Part shown: piece by piece, positions 1-11,140 of the stretch | How the letters are laid out: each line of letters begins with the position of its first letter | Numbering within the stretch: the first letter of the stretch is position 1 | Source: Pristiophorus japonicus | Lineage: Eukaryota | NCBI RefSeq assembly: GCF_044704955.1 | Contig: NC_091981.1 | Coordinates: 42,594,001-42,658,000, forward strand | Direction of reading: 5' to 3' | Length of the DNA stretch: 64,000 nucleotides | Translations under genes and position numbers: made by a program | Notes under the pieces: generated by a model | What the model was told of the DNA's origin: nothing | Seen by the model: the letters and a program-made list of their open reading frames with translations, nothing else | The model's database searches: none

Positions 1-971
1 CCATTGTTCCACAGCCCTTGAAAACGTACCCTTTGAAGCGGCATGAATGGAAACGATGATCACCCCCGCAGCACCAACAAGGTGTTAATGGCCTTGCATT
101 CACCACCCTTGATGGTGGACTCAGACATCGGCAGACGTGCAGCTGCAGGCATGTGTGACCTGCCCTGTACGTTGCGATTTGAAAACGACATTACTTTGTT
201 CACAATACTTGTAGCAGCACTTGTGTGCTGAGAGATTTGTTTCGTATTGTCACTGGTGGCAATGAACGCCTGGGCTATTGCTATGGCCTTACTCAGGGTT
301 GGGGTCGCTACAGTCAAAAGTTTGCAAAGTATGATTTTGTGGCCAATGCCAAGTACGAAAGTGTCTGAGCATGTGCTCCAAATTCACAATGTCCTGCAAG
401 GCGTCTTAGCTCGGCGACATTACTCGCCACTTCCTGGCCTTCAGACCTCTTGTAGGTGTAGAACTTTCCTTCGGGTTCAAATGCTCCTGGACCAGTGTAC
501 ACAAATCATCGTATGATTTCTCCGTGGGTTTCGCTGGAGTAAGCAGATTTTTCATGAGGCCAGATGTTGGTGCCCCACAGATGGTGAGGAGAATCGCCCT
601 TTGTTTGGCAGCATTCTCTTCTCCATCCAGGTTGTTGGCTCCGAAGTATTGGTCGAGTCGCTCCGCAAAAGTTTCCCAATCATCTCCCTCCGAGAATTTC
701 TCCAGGATGCCCACTGTTCTCTGCATCTTTGGGTTCGTTATCTGTATCTCATCGCCAGTTGTTATGTATGGAGAAAGAGTCAGACTGAACACTGTGAGCT
801 CAAAGTAAAGTGTGACCTTAGACTTTCATTGCAGGTCTCCAGAGATGCTCTCCAACCTGTGAGGCCTCATTAAATACCTGTGCTCCCAAGGAATTATGGG
901 ATCCCTTGGGACTCCAGGGGATGAGCCCTCTGGTGGCTATACAGAGTATATAAAAGCTTACATTTCTGACA
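1..971 (-). mobile_element. Gypsy (Mag-like) LTR retrotransposon, 5' part (LTR, PBS and frameshifted gag); continues beyond the window start
   Basis: Minus-strand ORFs 406..792, 314..502 and 60..317 (MQRTVGILEK...DDWETFAERLDQYF...; FYTYKRSEGQEVAS; TLSKAIAIAQAFIATSDNTKQ) match the gag ORF at 23088. PBS-like TGGCGA lies just inside the LTR at about 752-757. Confidence 0.9.
760..971 (-). repeat. 5' LTR of Gypsy copy 1 (about 212 bp)
   Basis: Reverse complement reads TGTCAG...CATAACA with TG/CA ends. It is homologous to the LTRs at 22850 and 27130 and is followed by ACTGGCGA. Confidence 0.85.
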
Positions 972-1254
972 GTGAGGAAGATCCTTACCTCTTCAGCAGG
1001 TTAGCATTGTAATAGGTTTTGTTTTTTTGATCGGATTATGAAGCTAAAGGAGAGGATTTTTGGGGTAAAATATTATTCAGCGTTAAGATGTATTAGAGGC
1101 TAATAAGTTCTGATGTTTGTTTTCAAGGATGAAATAGGTTACATAAAAAATTGTGAAGAGCTGAAATACAAAATTACATTTAATGGAGAATAATTGATAT
1201 CTCAGAATGATAACAAGGCATTATACTAATTGACGGTTTTAGGCGGGTTGTACA

Positions 1255-4200
1255 TTGGTAGCAGCAGTGATTGTGGATGCATTGGTTTTAATTTACCGAA
1301 ATTCCCTGGATTCTGGGGAGGTCCCAGCAGGTTGGAAAACTGCAAATGTAACACCCCTATTTAAAAAAGGAGGCAGACAAAAAGCAGGAAACTATAGACC
1401 AGTTAGCCTAACATTTGTGGTTCAGAAAATGTTGGAGTCCATTATTAAAGAAGCAGTAGCAGGACATTTGGAATAGCAAAATTCATTCAGTCAGAGTCAG
1501 CATGGATTTATGAATGCTAGTGCTGTTGAGGAGGGGTTAAACTAATATGGCATGGGGATGGGAACCTATGCAGGGAGACAGAGGGAAATAAAATGGGGGC
1601 AGAAGCAAAAGATAGAAAGGAGAATAGTAAAAGTGGAGGGCAGAGAAACCTCAGGCAAAAAGCAAAAAGGGCCACATTACAGCAAAATTCGAAAGGGACA
1701 AAGAGTGTTAAAAGACAAGAATGAAGGCTCTGTGCCTCAAAGCGAAGAGTATTAGTAATAAGGTGGATGAATTACTGCTCAAGCAACTATTAACGATTAT
1801 GATATAATTGGGATTACGGAGGTATGGCTCCAGGGTGACCAAGGCTGGGAACTCAACATCCAGGGGTATTCAACATTCAGGAATAATAGACAAAAAGGAA
1901 AAGGAAGTGGGGCAGCGTTGCTGGTTGAAGAGGAAATTAACGCAATAGTAAGAAAAGACATTAGCTTGGATGATGTGGAATCTGTATGGGTAGAGCTGCG
2001 GAATACCAAAGGGCAGAAAACTCGACTTGGAGTTGTGAACAGACCACCAAACAGTAGTAGTGAGGTTGGGGATGGCATCAAACAAGAAATTAGGGATGCG
2101 TGCAGTAAAGATACAGCAGTTATCATGAGCGACTTACATCTACATATAGATTGGGTTAACCAAGTTAGTAGCAATGCGGTGGAGGAGGATTTCCTGGAGT
2201 GTATTAGGGATGGCTTTCTAGACCAGTATGTCGAGGAACCAACTAGAGAGCTGGCCATCCAAGACTGAGTGTTGTATAATGAGAGAGGACTAATTAGCAA
2301 TCTTGTTGTGCGAGACCCCTGGAGAAGAGTGACCACAATATGGTAGAATTCTTTATTAAGATGGAGAGTGACAGTGTTAATTCAGAGACTAGGGTCCTGA
2401 ACTTAAGGAAAGGTAACTTCGATGGTTTGAGACGTGAATTAGCTAGAATAGACTGGCAAATTATACTTAAAGGGTTGACAGTGGATAGGCATTGGCAGAC
2501 ATTTAAAGATCACATGGATGAACTTCAACAATTGTACATCCCTGTCTGGAGTAAAAATAAAATGGGAACGGTGGCTCAATCGTGGCTAACAAGGGAAATT
2601 AAGGATAGTGTTAAATACAAGGAATAGACATATAAATTGGCCAGAAAAAGCAGCAAACCTGAGGACTGAGAGAAATTTAGAATTCAGCAGAGGAGGACAA
2701 AGGGTTTAATTAGGAGGGGGAAAATAGAGTATGAGAGGAACATAAAAACTGACTGCAAAAGCTTCTATGGATATGTAAAGAGAAAAAGATTAGTGAATTG
2801 CAGTCAGATTCAGGCGAATTTATAATGGGGAACAAAGAAATGGCAGACCAATTGAACAAATACTTTGGTTCTGTCTTCACGAAGGAAGACACAAATAACC
2901 TTCCGGAAATACTAGGGGACCATGGGTCAGTGAGAAGGAGGGACTGAAGGAAATCCTAATTCGGCAGGAAATTGTGTTAGGGAAATTGATGGGATTGAAG
3001 GCCGATACATCCCCGGGCCCTGATAGTCTGCATCCCAGAGTATTTAGGGAAGTGGCCCTAGAAATAGTGGATGCATTGGTGATCATTTTCCAACAGTCTA
3101 TCAACTCTGGATCAGTTCCTATGGAGAGAAAGCAGGAAAGGGGTAGTGAGGTTGAATGATCAGCCATGATTTTATTGAATGGCGGTGCAGGCTCGAAGGG
3201 CTGAATGGCCTGCTCCTGCACCTAATTTCGATGTTTCTATGTAGGGGATGTCATGTTTGACAAATTTGCTGGAGTTCTTTGAGGATGTAACGAACAGGAT
3301 GGATAAAGGGGAACCAGTGGATGTGGTGCATTTGGACTTCCAGAAGGCATTTGACAAGGTGCCACATAAAAGGTTACTGTACAAGATAAAAGTTCACGGG
3401 ATTGGGGGTTATATATTAGCATGAATAGAGGATTGGCAAACTAACAGAAAACAGAGAGTTGGGATAAATGGTTCATTCTCTGGTTGGCAACCAGTAACTA
3501 GTGGGGTGCCGCAGGGATCAGTGCTGGGACCCCAACTATTTACAATCTATATTAACGACTTGGAAGAATGGACAGAGTCTAACATAGCCAAGTTTGCTGA
3601 CGATACAAAGATGGAAGGAAAAGCAATGTGTGAGGAGGACACAGAAAATCTGCAAAAGGACATAGACAGGCTAAGTGAGTGGAAAAAAATTTGGCAGATG
3701 GAGTATAATGTCGGAACGTGTGAGGCCATGCACTTTAGCAGAAAAAAATCAAAGAGCAAGTTATTATTTAAATGGAGAAAGATTGCAAAGAGCCGCAGTA
3801 CAGCGGGACCTGGGGGTACTTGTGCATGAAACACAAAAGGTTAGTATGCAGGCACAGCAAGTGATCAGGAAGGCCAATGGTATCTTGGCCTTTATTGCAA
3901 AGGCGATGGAGTTTAAAAGCAGGGAAGTCTTGCTACAACTATATAAAGTATTGGTGAGTCCACACCTGGAATACTGCGTGCAGTTTTGGTTTCCATATTT
4001 ACAAAAGGCTATACTTGCTTTGGAGGTAGTTTGGAGAAGGTTCACTAGGTTGATTCCGGGGATGAGGGGGTTGACTTATGAGGAAAGGTCGAGTAGGTTG
4101 GGCCTCTATTCATTGGAATTCAGAAGAATGAGAGGTGATCTTATTGAAATGTATAGGATTATGAGGGACTTGACAAGGTGGATTGCAGAGAGGATGTTTC

Positions 4201-4527
4201 CACTGATGGGGGAGACTAGAATTAGAGGGCATGATCTTAGAATAAGGGGCCGCCCATTTAAAACAGAGATGAGGAGAAATTTCTTCTCTGAGAGTTGTAA
4301 ATCTGTGGAATTGACTGGCTCAGAGAGCTGTGGATGCTGGGACATTGAATAACTTTAAGACAAAAATAGACTGTTTCTTAAATGATAAGGGGATAAGGGG
4401 CTATGGGGAGCGGACGGGGAAGTGGAACCGAGTCCATGATCAGATCAGCCATGGTCTTATTGAATGGTGGAGCAGGTTCGAATGTCCGTATGTCCTACTC
4501 CTGTTCCTATTTCTTATGTTCTTATGT
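1255..4527 (+). mobile_element. CR1 LINE, 5'-truncated (RT and 3' UTR), split by a nested CR1 at about 1515-3242
   Basis: WKTANVTPLFKKG...GNYRPVSLT...QHGFM ends near 1514 and resumes near 3243 with SCLTNLLEFFEDVT...PQGSVLGP...FADD. The 3' tail is (TTCTTATG)n near 4510-4527. Confidence 0.9.
1515..3242 (+). mobile_element. CR1 LINE nested in CR1 (end of ORF1, APE endonuclease, linker; RT internally deleted; 3' UTR kept)
   Basis: Endonuclease motifs (IGITEVW, WELNIQGY, RPPN, SDHNMVEF) are present. The sequence jumps from GSVPME at about 3127 straight into the 3' UTR ending TTTCTATGT. Confidence 0.88.
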
Positions 4528-4642
4528 AATTATACAACAGACAGTGATTACAGAAAATCAAGGGGCTTCAAATGGTTCAAATGGTATATTATGGATATAA
4601 GGGATGATAACATCCAATCAGATAGTTCAAACAAAATATTTG

Positions 4643-6309
4643 CAGGTGCAGCGTCGAAAATCCGGAGTTCCGGAATCCAGACTTTGGATCGATCGGTAGC
4701 AGGGTCGTCTGGAATCCGTAAAATGTTCCGGAATCCGGCCCAGCCGACCCTGCCAACCTCGGGTCCCGCCACTGCCCAACCTCGGGCCTCGCCTCACCGC
4801 CCCTCACCTCACTAGCCGTCGCTGCCCTTACCTCGGGGCCTCCTCGCTGACCCATCAGAATAGCTCCTCTTTGGCGGGGCCGGCCTAAACACCTCCTCCA
4901 CGACGGAGTCCGCCCAAACACCTCCTCCATGACGGGACCCCGCCTGAACATCTCCTTGGCGGCGGGGCCCGCCCTAACTGCTCCTCCTCGGCGGAGTCTC
5001 CCCAAACACCTCCTCCACAACGGGACCCCGCCCGAACATCTCCTTGGCGGCGGGGCCCGCCCGAACACCTCCTCAACGATGGAGTCTGCCCAAACATCTC
5101 CTCCACAACGGAGTCCGCCCGAATACCTCCTTGGCGGCGCGGCCTGCCCTAACAGCTCCTGCTTGGCAGGGCCCGACCGAACACCTCCTCCACGATGGAG
5201 TCTGCTCTATCACCTCCTCCATGACGGAGTCTGCCCTAACACCTCCTCCATGACGGAGTCTGCCCTAACACCTCCTGCATGGCGGGGCCCGCCCGAAGCC
5301 TCCTCCACGACGGAGTCGGCCCTAACACCTCCTCCATGACGGAGTCTGCCCTAACACCACCTCCACGACGGAGCCCGCCCTAACACCTCCTGCATGTCGG
5401 GGCCCGACTGAACACCTCCTGCATGTCGGGGCCCGACTGAACACCTCCTCCACGACGGAGTCTGCCCTAACACCTCCTGCATGTCGGGGCCCGACTGAAC
5501 ACCTCCTCCACGACGGAGTCTGCCCTAACACCTCCTCCACGACGAAGCCCGCCCGAACACTCCTGCATGTCGGGGCCCGACTGAACACCTCCTCCACGAC
5601 GGAGTCCGCCCGAACACCTCCTGCATGGCGGAGTCCGCCCGAAGCCTCCTCCACGACAGAGTCTGCCCTAACACCTCCTCCATGACGGAGTCTGCCCTAA
5701 CACCACCTCCACGACGGAGCCCGCCCGAACACCTCCTGCATGTCGGGGCCCGACTAAACACCTCCTTCACGACGGAGTCTGCCCTAACACCTCCTCCACA
5801 ACGGAGTCTGCCCTAACACCTCCTCCACGACGGAGTCTGCCCTAACACCTCCTCCACGACGAAGCCCGCCCGAACACTCCTGCATGTCGGGGCCCAACTG
5901 AACACCTCCTCCACGACGGAGTCCGCCCGAACACCTCCTCCACGACGGAGCCCACCCGAACACCTCCTCCACAATGGGGCCCACCCGAACACCTCCTCCA
6001 CGACGGAGCCCACCCGAACACCTCCTTGGCGGCAGGGCCCGCCCGAATACCTCCTCCACAATGGGGCCCACCCGAACATCTCCTCCACGACGGAGCCCGC
6101 CCGAACACCTCCTTGACGGCGGGGCCTCTCTGACGACCACATCAACGGGGCCAATGGCCTGAACAGCTCCTCGACGGTGACCCCCCTTCCCCCCCATCCC
6201 ACCGGGGCTCGGATGTTTCCAGATTCGTGACGTCAGAAAGACGATCAAAAGTCCGGAAAAGCCCAGAATCTAGAATGGCCTCAGTCCCGGATTCTCAACG
6301 CTGCACCTG
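4643..6309. mobile_element. Non-autonomous Tc1/mariner-pogo (Tigger-like) MITE containing a minisatellite
   Basis: Terminal inverted repeats (TIRs) CAGGTGCAGCGTCGAAAATCCGG and CCGGATTCTCAACGCTGCACCTG. TA follows the right end (6310-6311) and TG precedes the left end. Subterminal TCCGGA motifs are repeated. Confidence 0.75.
4860..6130. repeat. 29-bp GC-rich variant minisatellite, roughly 40-45 units
   Basis: Period 29 (CCCTAACAC at 5782 and 5811). Constant AACACCTCCT is followed by variant tails CCACGACGGAGTCYGCCCK, GCATGTCGGGGCCCGACTG or TGGCGGCGGGGCCCGCCCG. Confidence 0.92.
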
Positions 6310-6825
6310 TACACTAATGGAGCACTTTATGCAATTAATTATTTTGAAAGTGCAGCGATTGTACAGACAGCAAGAATCCACAGTCAATGCCGAGATGAAC
6401 AACCAATTAACCTGTTTTTGCTTGAGAAAGGGATGGTTGCACGGATATCTGGAAAGCTCCCTGGTCACTGCTACCAGATAAATTCCCTGCTCTGCTTCAG
6501 ATGCTTTTGAATACCATTTCAATGCCATTGTTTCTCGTAGCCTCCACACCCTACCACTCACATAATTCAGGGCAATAATGTTCCTTTCCTCATCTCCAGG
6601 TTCATGAGAAATAAGCACACGGGCCAAATTTCCATCCCTATTTTCGCACCAATGGCTAGCCTGCCATGATTTTGAGCGGGCTGGAAAACAGGCCTGTAAT
6701 TGATACTTTTTCATGTGCAGCAAATACCACCCTTCCTAGAAACATTTTTCAAACAGAGTGGAATCTCTATTATCCCCAAAGAGGCAGGAGCCTACTTGAA
6801 TATATACATTGTGATCCTATCCGTC

Positions 6826-7177
6826 TAGGGTTATCTGATTGGATGTATTCTTCACGGTTTCATCACATGACATCTCCCCTCCCCCCGCCCCCGTTTCACC
6901 ACTGGTCCATTCTTTGGGTGCACTGCCTTCCCACCAATTTGAAAGCAAACAGCCTCTTTGTTAATCGATTGGATGATTCTTGACTGTTAGTCAAACATCC
7001 CTTTTTCCCCCACCTTCAATATTTTTATAACTAATAAATGAAAGTTTCGAAAGAAATCAAAATTTGCTGATCTCACTATTTTTATTAATGCCCCCCAATG
7101 ATTTTTCTCCTAGGTTTCTTGCAGCAGTGTCTTGGAATCTTCAATTCCTAGTGACTCCAAGAGGGTGGGTATTCTTA
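6826..7177. mobile_element. Possible degenerate hAT-type MITE
   Basis: Begins TAGGGTTATCTG, resembling TAGGGTTGCC-type hAT termini. The right end is badly decayed. Confidence 0.3.
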
Positions 7178-7726
7178 ATACTGCCTGTAGGATCCCAATG
7201 CAATTTTAGTGTTCCATTGAGCAGTGCATGAAAAGACTAGAATGACAAAGGTGAGTTGTACATGCACTGACACCCTAAATGTCCATTCATGGGGCTAGAT
7301 TTTACACTTTGGTGCTTATCACCAAAAAATGGGCGTTATTTCCGGCATGGGCGGTAAAAAAGGATTTTCAGATTGCCAGCTTCCGCCCATTCTCAAAGTA
7401 CCTACTCTCCATTTTTTTAAATGGGCGTTACCGCGAGCGATATGAAATTGGCGGTAGCGTTAAATCTCGCTGACCTTATACCGTAAAGTGTCGCCATCCT
7501 TAGCAACGGCATGGCAACGCTCGATTCCCGCGATTCAGGAGGTCAAGGGTCATCATGACATGCGCAGAAGAGGAGACAGAGAGAGGGAGCTGAGAGGGAC
7601 TGAAGGCGTGTCTGGGTGTGGTGTGGCTGCTTTGGGAGGAAGGAGGGAGACTTGAGAACTTCACAGCAAAGAGGGAAACAAAAATTAGCTGTTACCAGCC
7701 ACATATTTGCCTGAATTTGGCCTATA

Positions 7727-9528
7727 ATGGAGGGAGAGGAGGAGGCATCACAGCACGCTGTGGAGACTGACACCGGAGAGAGCAGTGAGGTGGGAGAGGA
7801 GCACATTGGAGGGCGCAAAAGAGCCAGGAGGTTCTCGGACGAGGCAAATGCCTCAGTCCTGCAGGAGGTCAAGTTACGCTGGGGTGATTTGACCCAGGGA
7901 GGGGTCAACCCTGCCCACCCCAAAGGCCTCCAGAAGATATGGACCGAGATAGCAGAGGTGGTCTCGTCGGCGACCAACGAAGTTCGTGAGGGCAACCAAT
8001 GCCGCAAACGATGGAACGACCTTGTGGGATCCGTAAAAGTATTACATTTATTTACATGTACTTATGTATTTATATAATTTGATTTGTAACAGTCATGACT
8101 ATCAGCAGAGGTGAGGTCTTTCACTTTTACCGGAAATGTTTTACTCAAAGCTTGCGGTCACGGTGTAAGTCTTTAGGTAAAGAATGATAATTATCATAAT
8201 AAGCATGATTACATCTGTCGGTTATGTGTTGATCAGTGTCTGTGACAGAGTACCGAGCAATGATATCATGTAATGATCTCATGCCATGTCATCCTGTCAC
8301 CTTTAACAGAAGAAGCTATCGACAATGAAGTCCATACAGAGGCGAACGTGTGGGGGGCCACCAGTCCCCAGCGACATCACTGAGATGGAGGAGTGGGTGC
8401 TCGCACTCGTGGGGAAGCACACCACGGAAGCCACGGACAGCCACAGAAGCATCTGCAGACCCTGAAGTGATGCCACGTGAGTAAAGCTTACACCATTGTG
8501 TGATGTAAAGTCAATTGATGCCACATCCACTCATATCCGAACAATCATATATGATAGATGATTTCTAAAATTGTCATAGAAATAATGCTGGCCTAATGAA
8601 AATCATTGCAATGCAAATGTGTTGATGGTCATGAAATGTGATGTCTGTGATGATTTTGAGAGCGATGGTGCTTTTGTCGTGCATATGCTGTGTGTAGCAC
8701 TGGACTGACCTTGTGACCCCAGCACCCCCTTCTCCTCTAATAACCTCAATTTGTGTTTTGCAGCCCAGCCAGCAACGCGTCCCCAGAGGCCAGAAGGTGG
8801 GGGCATGGGACAGGAGTCGGCAGACGATCCTACATCTGGTGCTGAGGAGCTGCAATTCTCACCCATCAATCCGCTGGGTTTGTTCTCCACGGATGAGAGC
8901 GCGGACTTCGAGGAACCTGCATCGCCACGCTCCAGAATCCATTCCACCCCAAGGCCATCGAGTGGTCCTCCGGTCATTCCTGCCTCCACTCTGGAGGTAC
9001 CGGCCCCAAGCACCTCGCTACAGGGCACCCCATTTGTCCCCAGGATGGCGCCAACCCCGCGGAGGCTTCGTGGATGCGACAGGTCTGTTCCACGGACACC
9101 ACGAGAGCGGAGAGATGGTACAATTGTCCAGGAAGACTGTAGACATTGGGTGAGCAGCTCATCGAAGCATTGGGGGGCATATCCCAACAGCTGGCCACCA
9201 TGACTGAGTACATTCCACGAATGGCGGAGGCCCTGAATCCGATAGCCAGGAACATGCTGGCACAAGCCTCCCAGAGCGCGGCACCTCACCCCTAGATTCC
9301 ACACCACCACTGCAAGCGACAGATGAGAGCAAGCACCAAGCTCCTGCTTCTGCATCAGAGAATGTTGCCCCCTTGGCACCCCCAACTCCCGTACCCGTGC
9401 AACCACCGCCTCTGCCTTCATTCCCCCCAATGAGGCACCGCCTGAGGAGCTCCTCGGCCAGGCACCATGGAGCGAGGAGGGGAAAGGATAGAGGTGGGGA
9501 GAAGAAGGGGAGGGAGGAAGGAAAGTGA
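7727..9528 (+). pseudogene. Harbinger Myb/SANT-like DNA-binding protein, three exons (about 7727-8038, 8310-8476, 8764-9528), frameshifted
   Basis: RRFSDEANASVLQEV...KIWTEIAEVVS...QCRKRWNDL (SANT/Myb trihelix). Exon 2 reads KKLS..RRTCGGPP. GT..AG introns are visible (AG 8308-9, GT 8477, AG 8762-3). Basic C-terminus RGRGKDRGG. Confidence 0.8.
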
Positions 9529-9947
9529 GGTGCATGTCTGCAGGTGAAAGCTGTGTTATATGCAATTTGTTGTAATGTATGGGGGCTGGGAACCACCCTC
9601 CTGCTTTGCCTTTGTATTCTGTGTTGCTGGACATGTTAAACATTTGATTAATGTCAATGGTGGAAAAAGTGGGGTGTGGGCTGGGATTGGGTGCTATTAA
9701 CTGTGATACTTATGATTTCAAACCAATGTTGGTATAACATTTTTTTTATTGAAAATAACCTTGTTGCGCATTGTCTCAGATAGCTGGACCGTTACACACT
9801 GGTGATTCCTTCACACAAAAGGGTTAAATACAACTTAACTTCAAATCAATGTAAACTTTAACTGGCACCAAGATGATGGGCACCACTGATGTCTGAGCTG
9901 CACACACACAGCAGTGTGTCAGCGTTGTCATTCACATCAACGTTCTT

Positions 9948-11140
9948 TCAGGCAAATTGTTCAAATATCAGCTCCTCACATAAGAGTCTTGCAGCTATGT
10001 AGCCAACACGGGCTCTTTCCTGCGGTCTGGAGGGGGTCATGGACATGGTTGCATAGCCAAACTGATTGTCTGGCTCTAGGTCAGCGTCCAGCCCCTCGTT
10101 GTCCTCTTCCTCTCTCTGCTGAGGTGGAGCATCAGTCCCTTCTGGCAATTCTTGGCCACTCCTGATAGCCAGGTTGTGCAGCATCGAGCACACGTCCACG
10201 AATTTACCTACTTGCTAAGGGTAGTATTGTAGCTCCCCTCCCGAGTGGTCCAGACATCTGAAGCACAGTTATTGTTTTCTGGACCACATTTCGTGTGTCT
10301 CTGTGGCTCCGGTTGTATCGCTTCTCAACCTCGGTGTGGGTGTCACGCAGGGGGATCATCAGCCAGGTGACTAGGCCATATCGGTTATCACCAAGCATAC
10401 AGCATTATCCTTGTGGCTGACTCTTAAAAATGTGAGAGACAGCGCTCTCACGCAGGATGTGAGCCTCATCGAAGATGCCCGGACATTTAGCATTCACTGC
10501 CATAATGATCTGGTTGTGGTCGACAACTAGTTAGACCTTCAGGGAGTGAAATCCTTTTCTGTTACAAAAACGCTCCAGGTCCTGAGAAGGTGGCCGCATG
10601 GCAATGTGAGTGCACTGTATCGCTCCCTGCACTCTGGGGAACTTAGCAATGTGGTAGAATGCTCCAGCTCTGTCAGTCTGAGCCTCCATGGTCATGGGGA
10701 AGCGGATAAAGTCCATCCTTCTCGCGTACAGGGCCTCCGTGACCTGTCTAATGCAGCGATGGGTTGCATGGTGAGACAGAGGGAAATCTCAACCGCAGAG
10801 GCCTGAAAGGAACCGGATGCGTAGAAATACAGTGCCGCGGTGACCTTGACCTCAACCGATACTGATGTCCTGATGGTAGGCTGCATATGTGGCCTGATTA
10901 GCTCACATATTTCAATGATCACCACCTGTGGAAGTGCAGTCTCCAAAGGCAGATGTGGTTGGAGACATCGAGGTAAGACTTCTTTTCCTTGTATGTGCGG
11001 GATGTGTATGGTCTGGCCTTCCTCCTCATTCTTGCACATCTTAAATTGGGCACATAATGATTTGCATCACACATTGAGCCATCTGCACTCTGCAGCATCT
11101 GTGTATTAATCGATGCAGGCTGAGAAATGGCTGGCCCCAT
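9948..11140 (-). pseudogene. Harbinger transposase (HARBI1-like DDE nuclease), frameshifted
   Basis: Fragments MGPAISQP..., VEVKVTAALYFYASGSFQ, FPRVQGAIQCTHIAMRPP, FCNRKGFHSL, MLGDNRYGL, EKRYNRSHRDTRNVVQKTI and CSMLHNLAIR. Confidence 0.9.

Noticed and set aside
4860-6130. CRISPR-like repeat/spacer appearance
   Set aside because: The constant part is only 10 nt, the variable parts recur as a few related types, there are no cas genes, and the context is eukaryotic. It is a minisatellite.
4589-6248. Multiple overlapping ORFs (RRCSGG, EEVFGR repeats)
   Set aside because: They are translations of the GC-rich 29-bp repeat, whose period is not a multiple of 3.
8603-9643. 346-aa minus-strand ORF
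   Set aside because: It is an antisense shadow of the GC-rich third exon of the Harbinger Myb gene, with no recognisable domain.
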